Assembly: GCA_052034935.1 (NCBI GenBank)
Contig: JBPOIB010000001.1
Span: 172,173 to 236,172, forward strand
Direction of reading: 5' to 3'
Source of the DNA: Candidatus Moraniibacteriota bacterium
GTDB taxonomy: Bacteria; Patescibacteriota; Minisyncoccia; Moranbacterales; UBA1568
DNA: 64,000 nucleotides
Part shown: positions 8,993 through 18,394 of the stretch, one piece after another
Position numbering within the stretch: position 1 is the stretch's first letter
How the letters are laid out: each line of letters opens with the position of its first letter
Notes under the pieces: model-generated
Databases searched by the model: none
What the model saw: only the letters and a program-made list of their open reading frames with translations
What the model was told of the DNA's origin: nothing
Made by a program: the position numbers and the translations under genes

Positions 8993-9958
8993 ATGAATCA
9001 AGTGAGTACGGCCATCCCATCCCCTCGGAGGCGCTGGGGTTTCAATCTCGCTTCTCTGATTCCTGGTCGATCCTCTGTTGCTCCGCCGGCCGTGGTGGAG
9101 CAGCCTCTCACCAAGATTGGTGACGCTGATGGTCAAGATCAGACCGATGCGCCAGAAGTTGCTCCGGAAGCTGTGTCAGCCAAGATAGGCGTGGCTCAAC
9201 TGTCGACCGATGGAGCAGTCGCTCTTCAGTCGACCACCCCATCGTTTCCGGCCGCCACCCCTGAGGCACCGTCACCCCTGTCAGTTCCTCCGTCTGTGCC
9301 TCCTGAATCGAGTCGCCGGCGGCGTGGTCAAATTGCTGCCATCCCTGATTCGGCGGCTGAAGAGATACAGGCGCGCTTGTTCGCCCTTCTCGGCGATGCC
9401 AGCCTGAAGTCTGGTGGTTTCGACACTGATGCCGTGCTTCACAAGCTGTGCTTGCATCCACCGCATGTCGATGATCTCTGCCGCCTTCTCGCCGCCCCCT
9501 TCATGGATGGAGGCAAGAAGATTGCTGCGGTTATCGGCCTCGGTGGCTACGGCGCCGTACTCGCTTTCGGGGTGGCGCGAATCTTGCCGCCGTTTCCGTT
9601 CGGCGAGGGAGAGTTTCGGCCGGTGTCCTTTCTCTCGGTTGACCAGGGCGTCAGCGAAAAGGGTGCTGTCTGGCGGTTAGCTTCACCGAAGGATGCAGCG
9701 ACAGTACTTCGCAATAAGCGCATCCTCATCGTTGCTCCGGTGCTGACCAAGGAGACCTGCACCCACATCCAGGCGTGTGTCAGACTCATCGAAGAGCCAA
9801 CCGGCGAGGGGCTCGGTGTCAACGCGACCGTGGTTGGCGTTTCGACGCTGTTTCAACTTCAGTGCAGCGGCAACCTGCCCAAAGGCCGCGTGAAGGGTTT
9901 CGAGACCCGATCGGTACTGCGACTGGACTTCCAGACGCACTCCGCCAAAGCGGTCTGA
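8993..9958 (+). CDS. Degenerate PRTase-fold protein with ~110-aa Pro/Ala/Ser-rich N-terminus
   Basis: AVIGLGGYGAVLAFGVARIL and KRILIVAPVLT align to OPRTase elements but lack the acidic pair; SD AGGAG; promoter TTGACA at 8877. Confidence 0.6.
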   Translation: MNQVSTAIPSPRRRWGFNLASLIPGRSSVAPPAVVEQPLTKIGDADGQDQTDAPEVAPEAVSAKIGVAQLSTDGAVALQSTTPSFPAATPEAPSPLSVPPSVPPESSRRRRGQIAAIPDSAAEEIQARLFALLGDASLKSGGFDTDAVLHKLCLHPPHVDDLCRLLAAPFMDGGKKIAAVIGLGGYGAVLAFGVARILPPFPFGEGEFRPVSFLSVDQGVSEKGAVWRLASPKDAATVLRNKRILIVAPVLTKETCTHIQACVRLIEEPTGEGLGVNATVVGVSTLFQLQCSGNLPKGRVKGFETRSVLRLDFQTHSAKAV

Positions 9959-9964
9959 CCTGCT

Positions 9965-10004
9965 GCCCCCGCGCTCATCCGAGTGCTGGGGGCGCTTCTT
10001 TTTC
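9965..10004 (+). terminator. Bulged terminator with ATCC loop
   Basis: GCCCCC-GCGCTC atcc GAGTGC-T-GGGGGC + U-tract. Confidence 0.75.
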
Positions 10005-10077
10005 TCCCCAGCTGGCGGCTTGTCAAAAGCGGTGAAAAAGGCTAGGATAGAACATAAGTTTTGATGCATTGAATGCT

Positions 10078-10515
10078 ATGAAAGTGATCCTCGTTGTCGA
10101 TGTCCCGCGCGTCGGGAAAGCTGGTGAAATTAAAGAAGTCAAAAAAGGCTTCGCTTTCAACTATCTTCTTCCAGAAGGCTTCGCGGAGCTCGCGACGGCC
10201 GGGATGGTGAAGTCCGTCGAGAAGTCACTCGTCAAGCGAACAGCCGAGAAAGAGGCGAAGATTGCCGAACTGGCGACCTCGATGAAAAAGCTCGACGGAA
10301 TGAGGTTCACGATTGCTGCCAAAGCCGAGGACGGCAAACTCTTCGGCTCAATCAGTGCCGCCGATATCGTTGCGGCTGCCAAGGCGAGTGATGTCGAAAT
10401 CGTCGACGACATGGTGGTACTTGAGCGCCCGATCAAGACGGTCGGTGAGCACGCCGTGACGCTCGCAGCGGGAAAGTCGAAAGCGACCGTGACCGTGTCT
10501 GTTGTCGCTGAGTAA
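10078..10515 (+). CDS. rplI: 50S ribosomal protein L9
   Basis: MKVIL...VKKGFAFNYLLPEG, GKLFGSIS, PIKTVGEH. Confidence 0.95.
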   Translation: MKVILVVDVPRVGKAGEIKEVKKGFAFNYLLPEGFAELATAGMVKSVEKSLVKRTAEKEAKIAELATSMKKLDGMRFTIAAKAEDGKLFGSISAADIVAAAKASDVEIVDDMVVLERPIKTVGEHAVTLAAGKSKATVTVSVVAE

Positions 10516-10588
10516 TCATCAGATTCTTTGAAAAGGAGCCGTTCTTCACCCCCGAAGGCGGCTCTTTCTCTCTAAATAAAAAAATCTT

Positions 10589-12250
10589 ATGGCTGCAGAG
10601 AAAAAACAGGGACGGTCGCGGAAATACATCTTCGTCGTGGGCGGGGTGATGAGCGGGGTCGGCAAGGGCGTGGCCGCTTCCTCGATCGGGAAAATTCTTC
10701 AGGCGAGGGGACAGGAGGTGACGGCGATCAAGATCGATCCATATATCAATGTCGATGCTGGGACGATGAATCCGACCGAGCATGGCGAGGTGTTCGTTTT
10801 GGCCGATGGCTACGAGACCGATCAGGATATGGGGAATTACGAGCGCTTCATGGGCCTCAAGCTTTCGCGCGATAATTACATGACGACCGGCTCCGTCTAT
10901 CAGCGGGTGATCGAGCGGGAACGCAATCTGGAATACCACGGCAAATGCGTCGAGGTGGTGCCACATATTCCGCTCGAGGTCATCGGGACTATCCGCCGGG
11001 CGGCGGACAAAGCTGATGCTGACGTGACGATCATCGAGATTGGCGGGACGATCGGGGAGTATCAGAACATCCTCTTCCTCGAGGCGGCTCGGATGCTGAA
11101 AAATGAGCAACCAGACGATGTTCTTTTCGTCCTCGTCTCGTACCTCCCGATCCCGAACAAGATCGGCGAAATGAAGACGAAGCCGACCCAGTATGCCTCT
11201 CGAACGCTCAATGGCGCCGGCATCCAGGCTGATTTCATCGTCGCTCGGGCCGAGCGGCCGCTTGATGACCGGCGCAAGGAAAAAATCGCCGTCTCCTGCA
11301 GCATGCGGCCGGAATCCGTCATCAGTGCGCCGGACGTCGAGAGTATCTACGATGTACCAGTCAATTTCGAAAAAGACTATCTTTCAGATGCGATTCTCGA
11401 GCGGTTGAAACTGAAGCCGAAAAAGTCTGATCTGACAGTCTGGAAAGGTAAAGTTTCCGTTATTCATCGGCTGAAGAAGGAGGTACGGATCGCTGTGGTT
11501 GGGAAATACTTCAAGACGGGGGACTACGTCCTCTCGGACGCCTATATCAGTGTCATCGAGTCACTGAAGCATGCGGCGTACGCAAATAAACGCTTGCCTA
11601 AGCTCGTTTGGATCGATTCGACCGAGTATGAAAAAGATCCGAAGAAGCTCCGGGAACTTTCCGGTTTCGACGGTGTGCTCATTCCGGGCGGTTTCGGCGC
11701 ACGGGGGGTTGAGGGGAAAATCCTCGCGATCGAATTCTGCCGAAAAAAAGGAATTCCGTATTTCGGTATCTGTTATGGCATGCAGCTCGCGGTCATCGAG
11801 TATGCCCGGCATATCGCGGGCCTCGCAGGGGCGAACACGGCGGAAGTTGATCCGAAGTCGCTACACCTTGTGATCGATGTGATGCCCGAACAGAAAGCCA
11901 AGATCGCGAGGAAAGAATATGGCGGCACGATGCGACTCGGTGAGTACCCAGCTATTCTGAAGAAGGGTACGCTCGCTGAAAAAGCTTATGCGGCTAAAAA
12001 GATCATTGAGCGTCATCGACACCGCTATGAAGTAAACCCGGAATACATCGACCGGCTCGCTGAAGCGGGAATGGTGTTCTCCGGTACTTCTCCAGATGGC
12101 GTCCTCATGGAAATCGCCGAACTGCCGAAGTCGGTCCACCCCTTCTTCGTCGGTGTGCAGTTTCATCCCGAATTCCAGTCGTCTATCCTCGCGCCCCACC
12201 CAATCTTTAGCGCCTTCATCAAAGCGGCGATCAAGCATCGGAAGAAGTAG
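10589..12250 (+). CDS. pyrG: CTP synthase
   Basis: GGVMSGVGKG, KIDPYINVDAGTMNPTEHGEV, GICYGMQ, ERHRHRYEVN, QFHPEF. Confidence 0.98.
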   Translation: MAAEKKQGRSRKYIFVVGGVMSGVGKGVAASSIGKILQARGQEVTAIKIDPYINVDAGTMNPTEHGEVFVLADGYETDQDMGNYERFMGLKLSRDNYMTTGSVYQRVIERERNLEYHGKCVEVVPHIPLEVIGTIRRAADKADADVTIIEIGGTIGEYQNILFLEAARMLKNEQPDDVLFVLVSYLPIPNKIGEMKTKPTQYASRTLNGAGIQADFIVARAERPLDDRRKEKIAVSCSMRPESVISAPDVESIYDVPVNFEKDYLSDAILERLKLKPKKSDLTVWKGKVSVIHRLKKEVRIAVVGKYFKTGDYVLSDAYISVIESLKHAAYANKRLPKLVWIDSTEYEKDPKKLRELSGFDGVLIPGGFGARGVEGKILAIEFCRKKGIPYFGICYGMQLAVIEYARHIAGLAGANTAEVDPKSLHLVIDVMPEQKAKIARKEYGGTMRLGEYPAILKKGTLAEKAYAAKKIIERHRHRYEVNPEYIDRLAEAGMVFSGTSPDGVLMEIAELPKSVHPFFVGVQFHPEFQSSILAPHPIFSAFIKAAIKHRKK

Positions 12251-12253
12251 TCT

Positions 12254-12718
12254 ATGAACTTTGAACAACCTCAGGAGGATAAGGTTGTGTCCCGGATAAA
12301 CTGGGTGAAGCCGGACATTGACTATGAATATGGTGAAATTGAAAGGGTTGCTGAGCATTTTGGAAAAACCACTCAAGAAAAATTGAGAATTCGAGAAGAG
12401 CTTTCTCGGGGCGCTCAGCAGGCAGAAATGATTGATTTGACAGAAGACTTGTGGCAAGAGCTTGAGAATACCGATTCGTTCGATGTCGCACTCGATGACT
12501 ATACATCTATTCGTGATTGTGTAGAGGCGTGTAATCGAAATTACCAAGCACGTGTTGTTCCGCAGATTAAAAAGATCAATAGCGGGGGTAATATAAGCGC
12601 CCCTATAATTGCTCGGTATGGAGGTGTGCTGCACCTTGTAGCAGGCAATACACGTCTCATGCTCGCTCGTGCGGCCGGGCAGACACCGAAAGTTGTTATT
12701 GTTCAGTTGACTCAATAA
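12254..12718 (+). CDS. Hypothetical protein with ParB/Sulfiredoxin-like C-terminal motif
   Basis: APIIARYGGVLHLVAGNTRLMLA resembles the ParB_N PI...GxxR box. Confidence 0.55.
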   Translation: MNFEQPQEDKVVSRINWVKPDIDYEYGEIERVAEHFGKTTQEKLRIREELSRGAQQAEMIDLTEDLWQELENTDSFDVALDDYTSIRDCVEACNRNYQARVVPQIKKINSGGNISAPIIARYGGVLHLVAGNTRLMLARAAGQTPKVVIVQLTQ

Positions 12719-12749
12719 AACTCAGGAGTATACGCCTCTTGCCTAGAAT

Positions 12750-12777
12750 AAAAAAACCTCCCGATCGGGAGGTTTTT
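12750..12777. terminator. Bidirectional terminator between convergent genes
   Basis: AAAAAACCTCCCGATCGGGAGGTTTTT palindrome. Confidence 0.85.
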
Positions 12778-12795
12778 GCTTCAGAAGAAAACTCT

Positions 12796-13083
12796 TTAGG
12801 CGGCTTCGGCGGGGATGACATGGACGAACATCCGCTTTTCGAGCTTGCCGGTAAAAGCCTCGACTTTACGCTCTTCGAATTTCACCATGCCGTCAACGAG
12901 AGCGAAAAGGGTGTCGTCAGCACCACGTGAAACGTTTTTTCCGGCGTGATACTTGGTGCCGCGCTGGCGAACGATGATGTTGCCTTCCATAGCGATTTGG
13001 TCGCCATAAATCTTGACGCCGAGGCGCTTCGAGATTGAGTCACGACCAAGAGCGGTTGATCCACCTGCTTTTCTGGTTGCCAT
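12796..13083 (-). CDS. rpmA: 50S ribosomal protein L27
   Basis: [33 protein letters not shown]. Confidence 0.97.
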   Translation of the reverse strand: MATRKAGGSTALGRDSISKRLGVKIYGDQIAMEGNIIVRQRGTKYHAGKNVSRGADDTLFALVDGMVKFEERKVEAFTGKLEKRMFVHVIPAEAA

Positions 13084-13160
13084 ATTCGAGATTGTGGCCT
13101 ACAATGGGCCTTCAAAAGATGTATGGGGACAGTATAGCGATTTACTGGTCAGGTGTCAAT

Positions 13161-13580
13161 ATGAGTATGCATACGGAGCGCATAAAGGAATACTTTGGAC
13201 AGCTTTCGGGCTACTTTTCAAAAATTTGGCTTGGTATAGCTTTTTTTCTGGTGGCAGCCCTTTCTTTTGAAGCGGGGGTGCTCCAAAAGAGCCTCGAGGA
13301 GCCCTTGCCGATTATTATCGCCGCTCCGAATGTGCTTCCTTCGTCGGCCGTGCCGGAGCGGATTCCTACTGATTCAAATGCGTCGGCCAAATCAGTCGAT
13401 GCCACTCCGCCCGCTAGTTTGGATAAAGTGGAGTGCAGTTTCGTCGGAAGTAAAAACTCAAACAAGTATCATGTTCCAACAACGCGTTGCGCCAAACAGA
13501 TTAAACCGGAGAATCGGGTCTGCTTTGCCTCGGTGGATGCCGCGAAGGCGAAAGGGTATCTGCCTGGCTGCCTGGAGTAG
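13161..13580 (+). CDS. Membrane-anchored protein with C-terminal Ada metal-binding-like domain
   Basis: N-terminal TM; FVGSKNSNKYH...C.KQIKPENRVCF.S...A.AKGY. Confidence 0.75.
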   Translation: MSMHTERIKEYFGQLSGYFSKIWLGIAFFLVAALSFEAGVLQKSLEEPLPIIIAAPNVLPSSAVPERIPTDSNASAKSVDATPPASLDKVECSFVGSKNSNKYHVPTTRCAKQIKPENRVCFASVDAAKAKGYLPGCLE

Positions 13581-13610
13581 CGAAGGGCGAGAGTGTGGCA
13601 TAATGAATGC

Positions 13611-14816
13611 ATGCTTGAAGAAGAGAAACAAAAAAACAAAGAAGTTTTCGACCGCAGAAAAGTCCGACTGATTTCTTTCATCTCGTTCACTCTCGGATTT
13701 CTTGACGCCTTTCTCATCTATATCCTTTCTTCATACTTCTCTGTTATTTCAGGTGAAGGCATGGTCGGTGGATTCTACTTCGTCGCGTTCGTCATCGTCT
13801 TGTGGCTGCTCATGCATCTCCAGCCGCTCGTCCACGGAGTCGGGTCGGTCCGTCTGCTTGCACTGCTCCTTTCCGGTCTGATTGCCTCGAGCTTCTACCT
13901 CAGTCTCGGCAATCCGTCCTGGGTGGGTGCGGCCGTGCTTCTCGCCTATATGATCTGCGGTAATCTTGCCTGGTCAGTACTTGATGTGCTGCTTGAAGAC
14001 TTCTCCACCGACCAGGTCTCGGGCCGAGTGCGCGGCTTCTATCTCACTATCCTGAACCTGGGAGTAATTTTGGCACCAATCCTGTCGACGAAAACACTTT
14101 CTCTGGCGGGGTATTCGGGCATCTTCACGACGCTTGCTTTCGGTTACGGACTCGTGCTTCTCGTTACCCTTATCGGCTTACGGGGACATGTGACAGCCCG
14201 TCTCCCGCGGATCGTCTTTGGGGAAACGCTTCGGAAGGTGGTCAAGCAAAAAAACCTTCTCCTTATTTATGCGGTTTCATGGACGCTCGAGTTTTTCTAC
14301 GCTGTCATGATCGTCTACGCGCCGATCCTGCTCCTGTCCCAGGGCTTCGAGTGGAGTGCGATTGGTATCATCTTCACCGTTATGCTTATCCCGTTCGTCG
14401 TACTCCAGTACCCGCTGGGTATTCTCGCGGACAAGCGCTTCGGTGAAAAGGAACTACTCTTTGTCGCACTTGTCACCATGGGTATAGCGACTACCATCGT
14501 CGGTTTCACCCGTTCGACCGATATTATGTTTTGGGCCGCGCTTCTCTTCATGACTCGACTCGGTGCGGCAGCAATCGAGGTTCTCCGCGACTCGTATTTT
14601 TACAAGCAGATCGGGCCCGGCGATACCGACATTGTCGCTTTTTTCCGAACCGCCCGCCCGACCGCGAATATCTTCGGCGCCGGTGCTTCGCTTTTCTTCC
14701 TCGCCTTCTTCAGCGTCCATAGTCTGTTCTACCTGGTTGGCGCCATCGCTCTCGGAGTTTGTTTCGCGGTACTTCGGCTCGATGACACAAAAAGCGAACG
14801 TGAGCAGGGGGCATGA
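13611..14816 (+). CDS. MFS transporter
   Basis: ~12 TM; GILADKRFGEK motif A. Confidence 0.85.
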   Translation: MLEEEKQKNKEVFDRRKVRLISFISFTLGFLDAFLIYILSSYFSVISGEGMVGGFYFVAFVIVLWLLMHLQPLVHGVGSVRLLALLLSGLIASSFYLSLGNPSWVGAAVLLAYMICGNLAWSVLDVLLEDFSTDQVSGRVRGFYLTILNLGVILAPILSTKTLSLAGYSGIFTTLAFGYGLVLLVTLIGLRGHVTARLPRIVFGETLRKVVKQKNLLLIYAVSWTLEFFYAVMIVYAPILLLSQGFEWSAIGIIFTVMLIPFVVLQYPLGILADKRFGEKELLFVALVTMGIATTIVGFTRSTDIMFWAALLFMTRLGAAAIEVLRDSYFYKQIGPGDTDIVAFFRTARPTANIFGAGASLFFLAFFSVHSLFYLVGAIALGVCFAVLRLDDTKSEREQGA

Positions 14817-14885
14817 CTATTTTGAGAACCGCAGAAAGCTGCTTTTTCGCCTAGCCTAAAGGGAAATCTGCGTGCTATCATAGGC

Positions 14886-15602
14886 ATGAAACCTATGGCA
14901 TACGCAGTGCGTCTGGAGCAGTTCGAGGGGCCGCTCGAGCTTCTCTTGCAGCTTATCGAAAAGGAAAAGCTCGATGTCACGCGGGTTTCTTTGGCGAGTG
15001 TCGCGGATCAGTTCCTCGAATACATCGGGCGGCAGGGGGATGTGCCGCTTTCACATCTTGCTTCATTCCTTTCGGTCGCTTCTCGTCTCCTTCTTCTGAA
15101 ATCGCGGGCGCTTCTGCCGCTTCTCGAATTCACCGAAGAGGAAGAACAATCCATCGAGGATCTCGAGTGGCAGCTCCGTGAGTATGCACGTTTCCGGGAT
15201 GCGAGCACCGCGCTCGGACTCCTGTTCGCCAAGAATGACCGGGCGCATGCCCGCGAAAGTTTTCTTGGGGCGAGCGCTGTCTTTTATCCGCCGAAAACGC
15301 TGACGACAAACGTCCTCGCCGAAGCCTTCCGCTCGGTGCTTGGCGAGATACCACTCCTCGAAAAACTTGAAGAAGAGTCAATCCGCGAAGTCGTATCATT
15401 GGAGGAAAAGATGCTCGAGCTTCGGGCCACACTTTCGAGCCGGATGCAGATGTCTTTCCAGCAGATGACGGCGGACGTTGAAGGGAAAATCGAGGTGATC
15501 GTTGCTTTCCTCGCGGTACTTGAGCTCGTCAAACAACGTTTTGTTCGAGCCGAACAATCCGGATCGTTTCATGATATCGCCTTGCATCACGAACAAACAT
15601 AA
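14886..15602 (+). CDS. scpA: Segregation and condensation protein A
   Basis: FEGPLELLLQLI, LLLKSRALLP, FLAVLELVK. Confidence 0.95.
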   Translation: MKPMAYAVRLEQFEGPLELLLQLIEKEKLDVTRVSLASVADQFLEYIGRQGDVPLSHLASFLSVASRLLLLKSRALLPLLEFTEEEEQSIEDLEWQLREYARFRDASTALGLLFAKNDRAHARESFLGASAVFYPPKTLTTNVLAEAFRSVLGEIPLLEKLEEESIREVVSLEEKMLELRATLSSRMQMSFQQMTADVEGKIEVIVAFLAVLELVKQRFVRAEQSGSFHDIALHHEQT

Positions 15603-15621
15603 GTGAAATTTTGGATACTTT

Positions 15622-16203
15622 ATGAGTGAACTTTCTCAGCAAGCCGGAATTGAAGCGCTTCTCTTCATCAGTGGAGAGCCGGTTTCGCATGCGCGTCTTA
15701 TGACACTTCTCGGGCTCGATAAATCGGGCTTAGAAAGAGAAATAGCCACGCTCCGTGAGCGGTATGTGACCAGTCCTGACACAGGACTCATGCTCATCGA
15801 ACACGAGAGCAAGATTGAACTGGCGACGAAGCCAGCGGCCGCAAGACTGGTCGAAGCATTGACGAAGTCGACCCTCCAAGAATCGCTTTCTAAGGCGGCA
15901 CTCGAAGTCCTCTCCATCATCGCCTACCGTAGCCCGATCGCTCGTGCAGAAATCGAAGCTATCCGGGGAGTGAACTGCAGCTACACGCTTCGAGCGCTTC
16001 TCTTGCGCGGTCTCATTGAACGTCAGGGGAATCCGGATGATGCGCGGGGCTACGTCTATCGGCCGACCTTCACCTTTCTCGAACATCTCGGCGTGGCAGG
16101 GGTTGAGGATCTACCTGATTTCGCCAGCCTCTCTCTTGATCCACGGATGAATATCGTTGGAACAGAAGAACCGGTAAATACCGAAACACCCAAAGCATCA
16201 TGA
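15622..16203 (+). CDS. scpB: Segregation and condensation protein B
   Basis: IEALLFISGEP, LSKAALEVLSIIAYRSPI.RAEIEAIRGVN. Confidence 0.95.
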   Translation: MSELSQQAGIEALLFISGEPVSHARLMTLLGLDKSGLEREIATLRERYVTSPDTGLMLIEHESKIELATKPAAARLVEALTKSTLQESLSKAALEVLSIIAYRSPIARAEIEAIRGVNCSYTLRALLLRGLIERQGNPDDARGYVYRPTFTFLEHLGVAGVEDLPDFASLSLDPRMNIVGTEEPVNTETPKAS

Positions 16204-17240
16204 TACTTCGCGCCATCCTCACTCTTGCAATCATCGCGGCCGTGGGACTCTTTACTCTCAAGGAACGACCCGAGCTTCTCTATAGCTTTCTCATGAGCGA
16301 ATCGGTTACCGGACTCTTCTCATCTGAAGAAGAGATGATTCCGGCTGAACCGACACCCGGCCTTTCGATGCCCTCAATTCCCTTCCTCCCGGAAAGCCGC
16401 TCGCTGTCGGCTACTTTTCAGCCGATAATTCGCGACTATGCGGCTCGACTCTCCGTCCCAACCGCGCATGCTTCCGTTATTATGGATGCCAACTCTGGCA
16501 AGGTACTCTATGACCGCAACGCTGAAGACCGGCGGCAGATTGCATCATTGACGAAGCTCTTTACGGCACTTATCGTCGTGGAAAGAGTGCCTGACCTTTC
16601 GGCACTTGTGACGATTGATGAAGAGGCGGTATATACGATAGGAACGCGTATCGGCTGTCCGCGTTCGGGGTACTGTCCGGGTGTGCGGTTTGCGGTTGGG
16701 GAACAGCTCACAGTACACGATCTACTCAAAGCGGCGCTTATGCAGAGTGCGAACGACGCCGCGATTGCACTCGGGAAGCATGTCGGCGGGACTCAGGATG
16801 GATTCGCAGCGGTGATGAATGCACGCGCTCAAGAGCTTGGCCTGACGGATTCGCTCTTTTGTACGCCATCCGGGCTTGAAATCGACGGAGCCGAAAATCG
16901 TTGCTATTCTTCAGCTCGCGACATTGCCATTATTGCGAGTGAGGCTCTAAAGCACCCGATTCTCTGGGAAATCATGAAGATTGAAAAGACGGATATCGTT
17001 TCGGCTGATGGAAAACTGACCCACGAAGTGTTCAATACGGATCAGTTCATCGGCAGTATGCCGAACCTGGTCGGTACCAAGACTGGCTTCACGCCTCTCG
17101 CTGGATACTCGCTTCTGGCGGTTGCTACCGATCCGTCGGGCGAGCATCCAGTTATTGCGGTTGTACTGAATGATCCGTACCGCTGGGACAGTATCCGGTC
17201 GATGTTCGATTGGAGTTTCGAATCGTTTGACTGGATATAG
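16200..17240 (+). CDS. D-alanyl-D-alanine carboxypeptidase (peptidase S11)
   Basis: IASLTK (SxxK), SANDAA (SxN), KTGFT motifs. Confidence 0.92.
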   Translation: MILRAILTLAIIAAVGLFTLKERPELLYSFLMSESVTGLFSSEEEMIPAEPTPGLSMPSIPFLPESRSLSATFQPIIRDYAARLSVPTAHASVIMDANSGKVLYDRNAEDRRQIASLTKLFTALIVVERVPDLSALVTIDEEAVYTIGTRIGCPRSGYCPGVRFAVGEQLTVHDLLKAALMQSANDAAIALGKHVGGTQDGFAAVMNARAQELGLTDSLFCTPSGLEIDGAENRCYSSARDIAIIASEALKHPILWEIMKIEKTDIVSADGKLTHEVFNTDQFIGSMPNLVGTKTGFTPLAGYSLLAVATDPSGEHPVIAVVLNDPYRWDSIRSMFDWSFESFDWI

Positions 17241-17256
17241 TTAATATTTTCTCCGT

Positions 17257-18366
17257 ATGGACGCTCTCGCTTTCGCTCAGATCCAATCGCTTCCGATCGT
17301 CATGAATGTGATGAAAGTCCTCATCACAGGACTACTCGCTTTCGTTCTCGCTTTTCTCCTGACCCCGCTCTGGACCCATATCCTGTACAAGTACAAGATC
17401 GGCATCAAGATCAAGGAGACGGGCGTTTCGGGTGATAAGCTGAATTTTGTTTCGAGCCTGCATGCCTGGAAAGCAGGGACGCCGACGATGGGTGGCGTGA
17501 TTATTTGGGCGACTGTCTTTCTCCTAGCCTTCATGTCGGAGTGGGTCTTTCCGCTCATCGCTCTGCTCTTCGATACGAACTTTATCGCCCGTCTCGATTT
17601 CTTGAAGCGTTCTCAGACCTGGCTGCCGCTCTTCACGCTGGTGACGGCCGGAGCTCTCGGGCTCATCGATGATTACATGAGCGTTCGAGGAATTGGAACA
17701 AATAAGGGTGGAGGAATGCGTTTCCTTGCTCGCTTCTGGTGGCTCATCGCCATCGCCGGACTCGGTGCTTGGTGGTTCTATTCCAAGCTCGGCTGGGACA
17801 TGATCCATGTACCGGCAGTCGGTGACTTTTCGATTGGTTGGTGGTATATCCCGCTCTTCATCTTCGTCATCCTCTTCGCGTCGATCTCTTCGAATGAGAC
17901 CGATGGTCTCGATGGGCTGAACGGCGGTGTGTTGCTCATCGCATTCAGCTCCTTCTCTTTCATCGCTTTCATGCATAACAAAGTCGACCTCGCGAGCTTC
18001 TGCGCCGCGGTCGCCGGAGCGCTGCTTGCTTTCCTCTGGTTCAACATCTATCCGGCTCGTTTCTTCATGGGCGATACCGGCGCGATTGCTCTCGGTACAA
18101 CGCTTGGCGTTGTCGCGATGCTGACCAATTCAGCTCTCGTGCTTTTTGTTATCGTCTTCATCTATGTCCTTGAGTCCGGAAGCGCGGCGATTCAGATGTT
18201 CTCAAAGCGTTTTCGGGGCAAGAAAGTCTTTCTGGCTGCACCGCTGCATCATCATTTCGAAGCCAAGGGATGGCCTGAGCCAAAAGTCGTGATGCGGGCC
18301 TGGATTTTCACCGCGCTTACCGCGCTTGTGGGGGTCGTCATCGGTGTGCTCGGTATGGGAAGCTAA
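17257..18366 (+). CDS. mraY: Phospho-N-acetylmuramoyl-pentapeptide transferase
   Basis: KAGTPTMGG, NETDGLDGL, FMGDTG, APLHHHFE. Confidence 0.96.
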   Translation: MDALAFAQIQSLPIVMNVMKVLITGLLAFVLAFLLTPLWTHILYKYKIGIKIKETGVSGDKLNFVSSLHAWKAGTPTMGGVIIWATVFLLAFMSEWVFPLIALLFDTNFIARLDFLKRSQTWLPLFTLVTAGALGLIDDYMSVRGIGTNKGGGMRFLARFWWLIAIAGLGAWWFYSKLGWDMIHVPAVGDFSIGWWYIPLFIFVILFASISSNETDGLDGLNGGVLLIAFSSFSFIAFMHNKVDLASFCAAVAGALLAFLWFNIYPARFFMGDTGAIALGTTLGVVAMLTNSALVLFVIVFIYVLESGSAAIQMFSKRFRGKKVFLAAPLHHHFEAKGWPEPKVVMRAWIFTALTALVGVVIGVLGMGS

Positions 18367-18394
18367 TTGAGATAAAAAACGTATATACATACAT

